Positions 1-9,089 are shown, counted from the stretch's first letter. The stretch is DNA of 24,776 nt from a virus (IMGVR_UViG_3300023283_000387:1-24776); one strand, 5' to 3'. Made by a program: numbers and translations. Notes: generated by a model from the letters alone, not told the origin.

Positions 1-831
1 GTCGGTCACCGGATCACCCCCACCCCCGGAATTGTCGGAAGCGGACGCATTGACGGTGCCGGGGGTTTCCGGGGTCTGGGCCGCTGTCGGCGTCTTCGAC
101 GGCTGCGGCGTCGCATCTTGCGCCGATTCGCTTTTGGGCGCAGCGGCTTCGCCCTTGGAGTCGGAGGTTTGGGTGGTGCTTCCGGGGGCGGTCTGACCCG
201 CATCCTGCTGGGTGTCGTCCTGCGTGGCGGTGTTCTTGTCGTTCATGACTGCGTGTTCCTTCCGGGGGTTGTGCTGGGCGGCGATACGTGCCGACGTGGC
301 GGTATCCGCACCGCTGTCGACGAATGAGATCTCTTTGAGGATGGCCTTGCGGACCACGTGCAGCGGCCCGTCGAAGGTTCGACCGTTGACGGTGATGCGC
401 TGGCCGTTGGGCACGAACTCGGCGTCCACCACGGCAGCGCCGATGCTGGCCTGCCAGGGGAAGCCGTTCGTCCCGCTCTTCGCAACATCGCGTGCCCAAC
501 TGGTGTCGCGGCTGACCAGGCCCTCGGCGATGACCTGACCGCCCCCGGAACCTCCGGAAGTCTTCTCGATCAGCACACGCTGGGTGTGGCCCACGCCCTG
601 GCGCGGGTTGTGGTCGAGGCGGACGGGGATGTCCTGTCGTTCGATGGCCAGGCCTTCGAGATCGACCACGATCGGGTGCGGGAACCCGGTGATTCGCATC
701 AGCCCGCCGGTGTAGGCCACCATGCTGAACCTGGGCACCCCCGGAAGTTTGCCGTCACTTCCGGGGGCCGCTGCTTCGACGGTCAGCGGGCAGCGGAAGC
801 TGAGATAGTCAGGCTGCCTGGTCTTGTTCAT
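1..831 (-). CDS. Prohead protease (HK97-type), probably continuing as scaffold/capsid; 3' end outside window
   Basis: Absent from the ORF track because it has no stop in the window. Manual translation from ATG 831: MNKTRQPDYLSFRCPLTVEAA...FSMVAYTGG...VVDLEG...IPVRLDH...GVGHT...FPWQASIG...LKEISFVDSGAD, then a low-complexity T/Q/S/P linker. Open to base 1; lies directly after the portal. Confidence 0.85.
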   Translation of the reverse strand, partial: MNKTRQPDYLSFRCPLTVEAAAPGSDGKLPGVPRFSMVAYTGGLMRITGFPHPIVVDLEGLAIERQDIPVRLDHNPRQGVGHTQRVLIEKTSGGSGGGQVIAEGLVSRDTSWARDVAKSGTNGFPWQASIGAAVVDAEFVPNGQRITVNGRTFDGPLHVVRKAILKEISFVDSGADTATSARIAAQHNPRKEHAVMNDKNTATQDDTQQDAGQTAPGSTTQTSDSKGEAAAPKSESAQDATPQPSKTPTAAQTPETPGTVNASASDNSGGGGDPVTD

Positions 832-2290
832 TGACTTTTCTTCCGGGGGCGGGGGCATCCGTGTCGGTCTCCTCGTCTTCGTCCGTGTCGGGGGTGGGGG
901 CTGCGACCGAGTCGATCAGCCCAAGTTCCTGCATCAGCGCCCGCTCCTTGGCGCGCTGGCGCAGCTCGGTCTCCCAGTCTTTGCCCTGACGGGCATATTC
1001 CGCCGCGAGCGTGGTGGTGTTGCTCGAAAGCCGTGTCGCCTGGGCATTGGCCTCCTTAGCCGGGTCGACGTGTTCGGTGCCATCGAAGAACCACTGGTGC
1101 GGCACCGCCCCGGCCGTTCGCAGGAAGGCGAATTCGGTCATCAACATCGCCTCATGAACCCACGCGGCGAAGATGCGATCGAGCACCACTTCGGCCAGGT
1201 GCGCCTGCTCAACGCGGATGGACTTGAAGTAGGTCTGGTGGTCGAGGCGGCCGGAGGCGTAGTTGTAGCCGGCGCTGTTGCCGGCGGCGACGTTGAACGG
1301 CAGATTCAGGCATCGCGCGATCTCGTTGAGAATCTCGTGCTTGAACTCGCGGTAACCGGTGCTGGGCTGCTTGGCATCGACCTGGCCGAGCTTCCACCCG
1401 TCGGGCAGAACGGTGGCCATGCGCTTCTCAAGCTCGACCACGTCCATCGGTTCCAGCGCCTGCGCTTCGCCGTTGGCCGGAGCATCGGTGAACAGCACGG
1501 CCGCGAAATCGGCAGCGGTCTCGGCGGCGGCGATGACCGCCAGCGTGTAGCGTCGTAGTTGGGCGAACAGCGGCAGCGCCGGCGTGATCTCGGGGATGCC
1601 ACGGCGTTGGCCGGGTCGATCCACACGGAACCAGTGCACGACGGCGTCGGCGGGCACCACGTCGTACTGCGCCTTCCACGCGGTCAGGTTTCCGGGGTCG
1701 CCGGGGTGTTGACGCAGGACGGTGTATGTGTGGGGGTTGCCGTAAGGATCGAGGATGATGCCGTCGATGTCGTTGGTCGTCGGCAGGAACGACATGACCG
1801 GCGAGGCCACGCGGTCGGCCTCGACGAGTTGCACATCGAGTTGGACCGGCGAATCGATCACCGGGTTGGCCGTGAGCACGGCGAAGGATTCGCCGTCGGT
1901 GGCCTTGGCCATCCGCATGGCCCGCAGCTTCTCGGCCAGGTCGATCGCCCTGGCCCATTCCGCGAATGCGTTCTCGACCCGCCGGTTGATCCCGGCATCG
2001 TTGGTCAGAAGCTGCAGACGCGGCCCGGTGCCGATGGCGTCGTTGGCGATCGTCAGCACGATGCCCTTGGCATAAGAGTTGTTCGCCACCTCGTACCGTG
2101 TCCGTTCGCGCAGCTTCTTGCGGACATCCGCCGAGGCCGCGCCGTCTGCCGACATCGCATCGGCCATCGCCCAGTGCCGGGCGTTCTCGGCGGTGGTCTG
2201 CGCCGCGTCGTACCGCGCCCGAACGACGGCGGGCATCGTCGACCGATGACGCTGCGGCTTTGCGAGACTCTTCCGGGGGAACGGCCACAT
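809..2290 (-). CDS. Phage portal protein, lambda family
   Basis: 493 aa after the terminase; lambda-portal-like motifs LRERTRYEVANNSYA, RPGQRRGIP, NYASGRL, HVDPAKEA. Confidence 0.9.
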   Translation of the reverse strand: MWPFPRKSLAKPQRHRSTMPAVVRARYDAAQTTAENARHWAMADAMSADGAASADVRKKLRERTRYEVANNSYAKGIVLTIANDAIGTGPRLQLLTNDAGINRRVENAFAEWARAIDLAEKLRAMRMAKATDGESFAVLTANPVIDSPVQLDVQLVEADRVASPVMSFLPTTNDIDGIILDPYGNPHTYTVLRQHPGDPGNLTAWKAQYDVVPADAVVHWFRVDRPGQRRGIPEITPALPLFAQLRRYTLAVIAAAETAADFAAVLFTDAPANGEAQALEPMDVVELEKRMATVLPDGWKLGQVDAKQPSTGYREFKHEILNEIARCLNLPFNVAAGNSAGYNYASGRLDHQTYFKSIRVEQAHLAEVVLDRIFAAWVHEAMLMTEFAFLRTAGAVPHQWFFDGTEHVDPAKEANAQATRLSSNTTTLAAEYARQGKDWETELRQRAKERALMQELGLIDSVAAPTPDTDEDEETDTDAPAPGRKVNEQDQAA

Positions 2291-2499
2291 CAGACGGTCC
2301 CTCCCGCAGTTCCGGGGGGCGAGATCTTCGCGAGCTTGATGCCCAGGCCTTTGGCGCGGCTGGCCTTCTTCGACTCGAGGTACTTGTCGGCGGCGATCTG
2401 CTCAGAGAGCTTGTGCTGCTCGACGCTGCCCGAATCGCCGCTGGCTTTGGCCGGCCCTTCGGCGTTGGTCTTGATGGATTCGCTGATCTGCTCGGACAT
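2290..2499 (-). CDS. Small head-associated protein (gpW position)
   Basis: 69 aa from ATG 2499 with GAGGAG RBS (2511-2516); between terminase and portal, stop overlaps portal ATG. Function inferred from position only. Confidence 0.6.
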   Translation of the reverse strand: MSEQISESIKTNAEGPAKASGDSGSVEQHKLSEQIAADKYLESKKASRAKGLGIKLAKISPPGTAGGTV

Positions 2500-2520
2500 A
2501 GACACCACGTCTCCTCACTG

Positions 2521-2555
2521 TTGTCTTTTTGCAGGAGGCGGTGTTTTTTTGCGTG
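2521..2555 (-). promoter_or_regulatory. 35-bp conserved upstream element, copy A (head genes)
   Basis: Minus strand CACGCAAAAAAACACCGCCTCCTGCAAAAAGACAA; 31/35 identical to 18530-18564; directly upstream of an RBS. Confidence 0.7.
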
Positions 2556-2590
2556 GCTTGCAGAAAATCGAAAGAAAAACTTTCGCGGGA

Positions 2591-4870
2591 TCAACTGTCA
2601 CGCTGCTGCAGCGCCGAGAGTTTCAGTCTCTGGCGTGACTGGCGTCGGCCAGAATCCACCCCCGGTAGCATCGCGCCCTGAATCGACGCGGCCACCGCGC
2701 ATCCCACCAGGCAATCCAGCCAGTGGTTGTCGGGGCGGGTGGCGCGGAGTTTCCACTCATCGACCGTGCGGCCCTGTGCCATCGACTTCACGCGGTATTC
2801 AGCAGTCAGATGGTCGGCCAGGAGCCGATGGGTCTTGTCGTCATGTCCCGGCAGCGACAGGCAGCCCGGATCGCCCATGGCCACGGTCAGCCGGGCATGG
2901 ACGAATGTCTTCCAGTAGTTCGTGTCCACCAACACATGCCGCACCTGGCGTTTGCCGACGGTGTTGGGAATGCGCCAGTGCAGACCGACGCGGTCGCCAC
3001 GTCTGCGCTTGTATTCACTGAACGGGATACTGGACGCGCCGACGTATTTGCCGTGCGCCGGCAGCAGCAGTCCCGCGTGCGGGCTCTGGCGGCAGAACTG
3101 ATACACCACGTCCGTGCTCTGCCCCCAGTTGGCGTCGATCAGACAGCGGTCGATGCGCATCTCCGCGCCGTCCTCGCGCCGATAGGCACGTGAGAGCCTT
3201 TCAGCCGTCAACTTCTCCAGCCCGCCGAAGATCTGGCCCTCGAGGCCCGCACCGGGCGTCGCGCGGCCGAGCGTGGAGTGGACGTCCCGGAGCGTGAAGT
3301 AAGCCCGCTTCTGCTCAGGCCACGCGCCGTAGTCCATGATGTACCCCGTGAAGTCGTCCTCCCACGCGCAGAGCATCCAGAACAGCACCTTCTGCTGCAC
3401 GTCGATGAACATCGTCAGATGGCTGCAACCGATGGGAACCTCGCCGGCGCGGTAACCGTTGAGCTTGGCGGCGATCTGCTCGGCGGTGAGCATCTCCTCG
3501 CCGATCTCCTCCACGATCGGCTCGTTCTGGTACTCGGCGAAGAACGCGGCCTCGTCGCGGTAGCGCAGGTTCATCGCGTGCTGGATCGCGCTGACCTCGT
3601 CCTCGTTGAACCGCTGCGGCCAGGCGATCACCGCGCCCTTGTCCATCGCATCGCGATTGGCGACGTAGAACTCGGTGGCCTCGTTGCCATCGCCGTCATT
3701 GCGCAACGAGTCGGCGCGCAGCTCGGCATACTTCGCCCACAGCTTTTCGCTCGATGGGAAGGCGTAGACCATCTTCGTTCGCTCGCCTTGCCACTCCGGG
3801 TGCTTTTCGCGGTCGAGGATGTTGTCCGCCATGTCCGCCGGGCGGATCACAGTGCAGGCCATCAGGCCGGCGATCTTCCTGCCCGGGCCGGCCATACCCA
3901 GCACGTCGCCGGCCAGAATCGCCTCGCGACGTTGCGACTGCGACGGCGACCAGGCCGACTCGGTCGTCTGAGGGTCGTCGACAAGGACCAGCTGCGGTCG
4001 CACCACCTGTCCATCAGCGCGGGCATAGTTCTGCCCGCGAATATCGCTGCCCTTCATGCCCGAGCAGGAGATGACAACACCACTGGCTTTGCTGCCCTGG
4101 ATCGTGGGCAGCACGATGCGATCGGACGACCAGTCGATCCGAGTCGGCTCGCCTTTGTGCTTCTGCCCCTTCTGCCGGTTGGTGATCCGCTCCAGACACT
4201 GGATCGGGTAGGTCACCTCGGGAAAGTCGGCGTGCAGCAGCGGGTTCGTCTCGAGCCATATCTTGATGTTCTCAAGCAGGTCGCGGGCACGCTCGGCGCT
4301 GGCCGCGATCAGACAGACGAACGGCGTCGCGCCGTTCAGCGCCGACCACAATACAGCCGTCTGGCACAGGACTGTCTTGCCACTGCCGCGCGGCATGGCC
4401 ATGGCGAACAGCCCGCCGGTGCGGACCGCCTTCTCGATCTTGTCGATCACGCGCAGGTGATCGTCCGACCACGGCAGGTAGAACACATCGGCGAAGTATG
4501 TCTCGCAGAAGTCCCGGAAGGATTCTTCGCAGATGGCGCGGCGCTTGGAGTCGACGACCTGCGGAATCTCGCCGATGTCCTGGGCGGCGCGCACCAGTTC
4601 GGCGTTGCGCTCGGCCTGACGTCGCTTCACCTCGTCGTAACTGGCAGGCTCATCCCGGGGCTTGTGGTACTCGAGCGTGAGCCAGGCGGCGTAACGGAAC
4701 AGGTCCACGGTCTTCGCATCGCCGATCGTGTACCCGGCGCGGTTGCGATGCCGGTGGAGCTGGCGCTCGTTGATCACCTCGCCCTGACCCAGCGAGTTGA
4801 GCAGGCGCGCCAGCACGGCGGGCTTGAGGCGGCGCGGGTTGATCATTTCGGAGGTCGCTTCACTGGCCAT
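2591..4870 (-). CDS. terL: Terminase large subunit with N-terminal HTH-like extension
   Basis: 759 aa; Walker A AMPRGSGKT, Walker B LVLVDD, GpA-like nuclease motifs FIDVQ, CLIDANW, DNHWLDC; upstream of portal. Confidence 0.9.
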   Translation of the reverse strand: MASEATSEMINPRRLKPAVLARLLNSLGQGEVINERQLHRHRNRAGYTIGDAKTVDLFRYAAWLTLEYHKPRDEPASYDEVKRRQAERNAELVRAAQDIGEIPQVVDSKRRAICEESFRDFCETYFADVFYLPWSDDHLRVIDKIEKAVRTGGLFAMAMPRGSGKTVLCQTAVLWSALNGATPFVCLIAASAERARDLLENIKIWLETNPLLHADFPEVTYPIQCLERITNRQKGQKHKGEPTRIDWSSDRIVLPTIQGSKASGVVISCSGMKGSDIRGQNYARADGQVVRPQLVLVDDPQTTESAWSPSQSQRREAILAGDVLGMAGPGRKIAGLMACTVIRPADMADNILDREKHPEWQGERTKMVYAFPSSEKLWAKYAELRADSLRNDGDGNEATEFYVANRDAMDKGAVIAWPQRFNEDEVSAIQHAMNLRYRDEAAFFAEYQNEPIVEEIGEEMLTAEQIAAKLNGYRAGEVPIGCSHLTMFIDVQQKVLFWMLCAWEDDFTGYIMDYGAWPEQKRAYFTLRDVHSTLGRATPGAGLEGQIFGGLEKLTAERLSRAYRREDGAEMRIDRCLIDANWGQSTDVVYQFCRQSPHAGLLLPAHGKYVGASSIPFSEYKRRRGDRVGLHWRIPNTVGKRQVRHVLVDTNYWKTFVHARLTVAMGDPGCLSLPGHDDKTHRLLADHLTAEYRVKSMAQGRTVDEWKLRATRPDNHWLDCLVGCAVAASIQGAMLPGVDSGRRQSRQRLKLSALQQRDS

Positions 4871-5075
4871 GGGCCGCCTCCCGCACCAGGTACGCCACGT
4901 ACTCGAGAAGGTTGATCGTGCCGTCCGCCCTCACCAACCCGCCCGCCTCGGCGACAGCGCGCACCTGGGCCTCGGTCACGCGCCGGCCATAGGCCGAAGC
5001 CAGCACCTTGGCCGCATCCACGACGGAGATCGCCGTGATCTGCAGCTTCTGGGGTTGTTCATCTCTTTGCTTCAT
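4860..5075 (-). CDS. Small HTH-like protein, putative terminase small subunit
   Basis: 71 aa overlapping the terL start; ISVVDAAKVL...VTEAQVRAVAEAG...DGTINLLEYVAYL resembles a Nu1/MerR-like winged HTH pattern. Confidence 0.55.
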   Translation of the reverse strand: MKQRDEQPQKLQITAISVVDAAKVLASAYGRRVTEAQVRAVAEAGGLVRADGTINLLEYVAYLVREAAHGQ

Positions 5076-5200
5076 CGGGACTTACGGCAATGTTTCCGGG
5101 GGCTGAAGATTAATCGCGACATCTGGCCAACCGGCCTTGATGTTCTCGCGCAGCCATGGCTTCATGTGTGTGTAAAGCCAGCATTAACAAGGAAATAGCC

Positions 5201-5467
5201 ATGCGAACCAAGCGAATCGAACTCGAAGGAATCGCCGGGCACGTCGCCATCGAACGGCAGCGCGGCAGCGGCACCATCCGGATCGACAGCATCCTGCGCG
5301 AGCCAAAGAAGGAGCAGGCGTGGATGACTTGGGAGATTCCCGCCCGCACCAGCGAGGACGAGCTGTTCAAGATCGCCGAGACCATCCAGCGGCGCTGCGA
5401 CGGCGTCGTCGGCACCAACAGCATGATCCACGACTACTACCGCGAGCTGCAGCGCTTCGCGGACTGA
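5201..5467 (+). CDS. Hypothetical protein (accessory cassette gene 1)
   Basis: 88 aa from ATG 5201 with AAGGA RBS; protein-like composition; first of five tightly packed + strand ORFs. Confidence 0.75.
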   Translation: MRTKRIELEGIAGHVAIERQRGSGTIRIDSILREPKKEQAWMTWEIPARTSEDELFKIAETIQRRCDGVVGTNSMIHDYYRELQRFAD

Positions 5468-5479
5468 AAGGATAGCCAC

Positions 5480-5755
5480 ATGACCCGATCCCCATCCATC
5501 GAGATCACCCGCCGAGGCCGGAACCTCGTCATCCGTCAAGTCTGCAGTCGCTACGGCGAGGCATTCGACCATCTGGTCGAACGCCACGACGGGTCGCCGG
5601 AAAGCATGGTCGCCGCCGCCGAACGCGTCAGCCGACGGATGTTCGAGCTGTACGACGATGCGTCGAACATCAACAGCCGGCTCGTCGCGACCGATGAGCG
5701 TGGCCTGCCGCGATGGACCATCTCCCCGAACTTCCGCGTGATCACGGAACTCTGA
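5480..5755 (+). CDS. Hypothetical protein (cassette gene 2)
   Basis: 91 aa; AAAGGA RBS immediately after the previous stop. Confidence 0.75.
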   Translation: MTRSPSIEITRRGRNLVIRQVCSRYGEAFDHLVERHDGSPESMVAAAERVSRRMFELYDDASNINSRLVATDERGLPRWTISPNFRVITEL

Positions 5756-5770
5756 GAGGAGCGCACCACC

Positions 5771-6007
5771 ATGGCCAAGCAAACCGCCCGCGAACTCTAC
5801 GACGAACGCCGCGAGGACATCGCCCGCGTTCTCGACTGGATCGAGCTCGAACTCGACAAGCACAAGACCAACGCGAAGGCGAAGCCCAGGGACTGGGGCT
5901 ATGCCGGCGACCTCGGGCATGTCCGCGAGAAGCTGATCGAGACGCTCGCCTTTCTCTCCAACGGCGAGCCGCAAGAGATCGAAGACCTGCTCAGCGAATG
6001 TCGCTGA
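5771..6007 (+). CDS. Hypothetical helical protein (cassette gene 3)
   Basis: 78 aa; GAGGAG RBS; amphipathic helices flanking DWGYAGDLGHV. Confidence 0.8.
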   Translation: MAKQTARELYDERREDIARVLDWIELELDKHKTNAKAKPRDWGYAGDLGHVREKLIETLAFLSNGEPQEIEDLLSECR

Positions 6008-6043
6008 GCATTTCTGTTTCAACCTCCAACAAGGAGACACGCG

Positions 6044-6670
6044 ATGAAGAAGTCCGACGTTCAGATTGGCGCAACCTACCTCGTGAAGGTCGCCGGCAAC
6101 CTCGTGCCGGTCAAGATCACCCGTGAGCACGACAACGGCGGATGGGAAGGCACCAGCGTCAAGACCGGCAAGGCCATCCGGATCAAGAGCGCTCAGCGCC
6201 TCCGCGAAGAGACGAAGACCAACGCTGACGCGTCCCCGGCCAAGCGACCGGTGAAGAAGAAGCTGACCGCCACCGAACGCAGATCGCTGCAGGCTCAGCA
6301 CAAGGCCGACCAGGAGAACGCCCGCGTCCGTGACGAACGGGCCAAGGCGAAGGACGGCATGACCACCAGCGAACGGACGATGGCCGAGAGCGCGAAGGAT
6401 TCCAGGCAGGCCAAGGCCCGCACCACGAAGAAGCGCGAGGGCATGTCCTGCCTCGACGCCGCCGCCAAGGTGCTTGAAGAGGCCGGCGAACCGCTGAACA
6501 CCAAGGCCATGGTCGAGGCGATGGCCGCCAAGGGCTACTGGACCAGCGACGCGCCTACGCCTGCGGCCACGTTGTACTCCGGAATCCTCCGCGAGCTGCA
6601 GAAGAAGGGCGACGTCTCGCGCTTCACCAAGATCGAGCGAGGCCTGTTCACCTTGGCGAAGGGAGCGTGA
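6044..6670 (+). CDS. Basic protein with C-terminal HARE-HTH-type winged helix
   Basis: 208 aa; AAGGAG RBS; SH3-like beta-rich N-terminus, Lys/Arg-rich linker, C-terminal MSCLDAAAKVLEEAGEPL...TPAATLYSGILRE...RFTKIERGLFTL. Confidence 0.75.
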   Translation: MKKSDVQIGATYLVKVAGNLVPVKITREHDNGGWEGTSVKTGKAIRIKSAQRLREETKTNADASPAKRPVKKKLTATERRSLQAQHKADQENARVRDERAKAKDGMTTSERTMAESAKDSRQAKARTTKKREGMSCLDAAAKVLEEAGEPLNTKAMVEAMAAKGYWTSDAPTPAATLYSGILRELQKKGDVSRFTKIERGLFTLAKGA

Positions 6671-6673
6671 TGC

Positions 6674-7030
6674 ATGCCACGACCCCATCGACAGCGCGAC
6701 GTGGATTTCCGCGTGCTCGACGATCACCTCGAGATTACCGTCAGCTTCGCAGACCAATCGGATAGCAACTACACGCACCGATGCACGCGCGACGTGTTCC
6801 GCGAGGTGGCCTACGCCATCGAGGAACGGGCGGCGGGTGGTTCGACCCTCGAGGAACTGGTCGAGGCCATCGACGCGCCGTACACGCAGGTCAACGTCGC
6901 GCTGGCGTTCATGAAGGAACGCGGGTGCGTCGAAGTCAGGCGTCGTCGCACCTACCCCGCATCGGGCTGGCTGTACGAGGACGCCATGATCGAGTTCATG
7001 CACTTGGCGGAATGCCCGCAGACTGATTGA
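6674..7030 (+). CDS. Hypothetical protein, possible winged HTH (cassette gene 5)
   Basis: 118 aa; GGGAG RBS; TLEELVEAIDAPYTQVNVALAFMKERGCVE has a wHTH-like pattern. Confidence 0.7.
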   Translation: MPRPHRQRDVDFRVLDDHLEITVSFADQSDSNYTHRCTRDVFREVAYAIEERAAGGSTLEELVEAIDAPYTQVNVALAFMKERGCVEVRRRRTYPASGWLYEDAMIEFMHLAECPQTD

Positions 7031-7032
7031 TT

Positions 7033-7680
7033 TCATCTTCCCACCTCCTGGACAGCCCCGGCCTCGGTCGGGGTTGTCCCAGTCCGGACGGCACCGGCGT
7101 TCGCATCGAAGACCGCTGCGGCGAATCCTTTCGGCGTCACGCTGCGCAGATGCCCGCGATCCGGCGACGGGGGCATGCGGTGGATGATGCTCCCCATCAC
7201 CGGCTCGACCCGCCGCTTCGCCGGCATGATGAAACCGCCTCCGGTCCACAGGCACGTCTTCTTCGTCCATGGATCGCCGTAGTCGCACGGATCGAAGGTG
7301 AAGTCGGGCTTTCGATAGTGGCTGGAGATGACGGACACCGGGTTTTCTACCATCCAAGGCGCGCCGGCCCACTCACAGATGCGAACGCAAGCACCGAAAG
7401 TGTCGATCGCCTCCGATAGCGCCCGCAGCCCCTTGTATCGGAACCACCTCGCCCCGGATACCGCCAGATGAGTGCAGGGCGGGAAGGCGAACGCGATGGC
7501 GTACTCGACGCGGGGCGGCAACCAGTCCCGCACATCGGCACCGACGCGCACCAGGTTGCCGGCGCGGTGTTCACCGGGCTCGTGCCGGGCGTCCACGATC
7601 CAGCACTCGTAGCCCGCATCGAGCCACGGCTGGACCATGTTGCCGGTGTAGTCGCAGAGGCTGAGGACGATGCCGTTCAT
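7033..7680 (-). CDS. Putative DNA cytosine-C5 methyltransferase (short phage type)
   Basis: 215 aa; catalytic-like AFPPCT (motif IV), VENP (motif VI), atypical motif I LSLCDYTGN; ATGA-coupled to the upstream MTase. Confidence 0.7.
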   Translation of the reverse strand: MNGIVLSLCDYTGNMVQPWLDAGYECWIVDARHEPGEHRAGNLVRVGADVRDWLPPRVEYAIAFAFPPCTHLAVSGARWFRYKGLRALSEAIDTFGACVRICEWAGAPWMVENPVSVISSHYRKPDFTFDPCDYGDPWTKKTCLWTGGGFIMPAKRRVEPVMGSIIHRMPPSPDRGHLRSVTPKGFAAAVFDANAGAVRTGTTPTEAGAVQEVGR

Positions 7681-9089
7681 GCCGTCACCTCCGCTTCCTC
7701 AGACGCGGGAATGCGTTCGGCCTTGCGCCCGGTGAACTTCTCCCAGCGCTGCACGATCACGTCGCAGTACGCCTGGTCGAGTTCCATCAGGAATGCCCGC
7801 CGCCCGGTCTGCTCGCATCCGATCAGCGTCGAACCGCTGCCACCGAAGAGGTCGAGCACGTTCTCGCCGGGTTTGGACGAATACTGGATCGCATGCACCG
7901 CCAGATCGACCGGCTTCTCGGTCAGGTGGATCATGTTCTGCGGGTTGACCTTCTTGACGTGCCACAGGTCGGTGGCGTTGTTCGGGCCGTAGAAGTGATG
8001 GCCCGCGCCTTCTTTCCACCCGTAGAAGCAGATCTCGAACGCGCCCATGAAGTCCTTGCGCGTCAGCACCGGGTGCTGCTTGTCCCAGACGATCCCCTGG
8101 CTGAAATACAGCCCGCACGCCTTCAGTGGGCCGGGGTAGTTGCCGAGGTTGGCGTAGCCGCCCCAGATGTAGAACGAGCCTCCGGGCTTGAGCACACGCG
8201 AGGCATTGCCGAACCAGGCAACCAGCATCTCGTCGAACGCCTCTGCGGTGACGAAGTCGTTCGCCAGCGGTCGGTCCTTGGCCCGCATCTTCTTGTGCGT
8301 GCCCTTGGCCTTCTCCGGGTGACGGGCGAGGTCCAGCCCCTGGTGGTGCATCTGCGTCTTCTTGCGGCCGGAACGATGACCATCCTCGCCGCGATAGTCG
8401 ATCTTGCGCGTGGCCTGGAAGCTGGACAGGCCGGCGGCGATGGCGTTGTTGCTGCGCGGCTCGACCTTCACGTTGTAGGGCGGGTCCATGTTCACCAGGT
8501 CGATGGTCGTCCCATCCAGCAACCGGTCGAGGTCCTCGACGCTGCCGCTGTCGCCACACATGAGCCGGTGGCCATTCCGGGGGTCGCCAAGCACCCAGAT
8601 GTCGCCGCGCTGTGTGATCGGGGCATCGGGCGGCTCGGGCACTTCGTCCGGGTCAGTCAGTCCTTCGGTCACGCCCTCGGCGCTGCTGAGCAGCTTGCCC
8701 AGTTCTTCCTCGTCGAAGGCCAGCACGATCATGTCGAATCCGCCCTCGCGCAGGTCGTTCAGCTCGATGGGCAGGATTTCCATATCCCACTCGGCGATCT
8801 CGCCGGTCCTGTTGTCGGCGATGCGGTACGCCTTGATCTGTTCGGGCGACAGGTCGGTGGCGACATGCACCGGCACCTTGGCCAGGCCCAGCTTCTTCGC
8901 CGCTTTCCACCGCGTGTGACCGACGATGATCACGCCGTCGGTATCGACGACAATGGGCTGGCGAAAGCCGAACTCGCGCAGGGACTCGGCCACGGCATCC
9001 ACTGCTTTGTCGTTCAGACGCGGGTTGCGTTCGTAGGGGCGGATGTCATCGATCTTGCGAAGCTGGACGTCGTATGTGGCGGTCGTCAT
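7677..9089 (-). CDS. ParB-N domain fused to N6/N4 DNA methyltransferase
   Basis: 470 aa; ParB-like PYERNPR...FGFRQPI...GHTR...IADNR; catalytic DPPY; SAM-binding LDLFGGSGST; GGAGG RBS. Confidence 0.92.
   Translation of the reverse strand: MTTATYDVQLRKIDDIRPYERNPRLNDKAVDAVAESLREFGFRQPIVVDTDGVIIVGHTRWKAAKKLGLAKVPVHVATDLSPEQIKAYRIADNRTGEIAEWDMEILPIELNDLREGGFDMIVLAFDEEELGKLLSSAEGVTEGLTDPDEVPEPPDAPITQRGDIWVLGDPRNGHRLMCGDSGSVEDLDRLLDGTTIDLVNMDPPYNVKVEPRSNNAIAAGLSSFQATRKIDYRGEDGHRSGRKKTQMHHQGLDLARHPEKAKGTHKKMRAKDRPLANDFVTAEAFDEMLVAWFGNASRVLKPGGSFYIWGGYANLGNYPGPLKACGLYFSQGIVWDKQHPVLTRKDFMGAFEICFYGWKEGAGHHFYGPNNATDLWHVKKVNPQNMIHLTEKPVDLAVHAIQYSSKPGENVLDLFGGSGSTLIGCEQTGRRAFLMELDQAYCDVIVQRWEKFTGRKAERIPASEEAEVTA

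Noticed and set aside
5162-7372. 736-aa minus-strand ORF
   Set aside because: Antisense shadow of the five + strand genes, which have clear RBSs and protein-like sequences; long stop-free antisense frames are expected at this GC content.
7033-9089. Restriction-modification system
   Set aside because: No cognate endonuclease is adjacent; orphan MTases beside terminase genes are typical of temperate phages.
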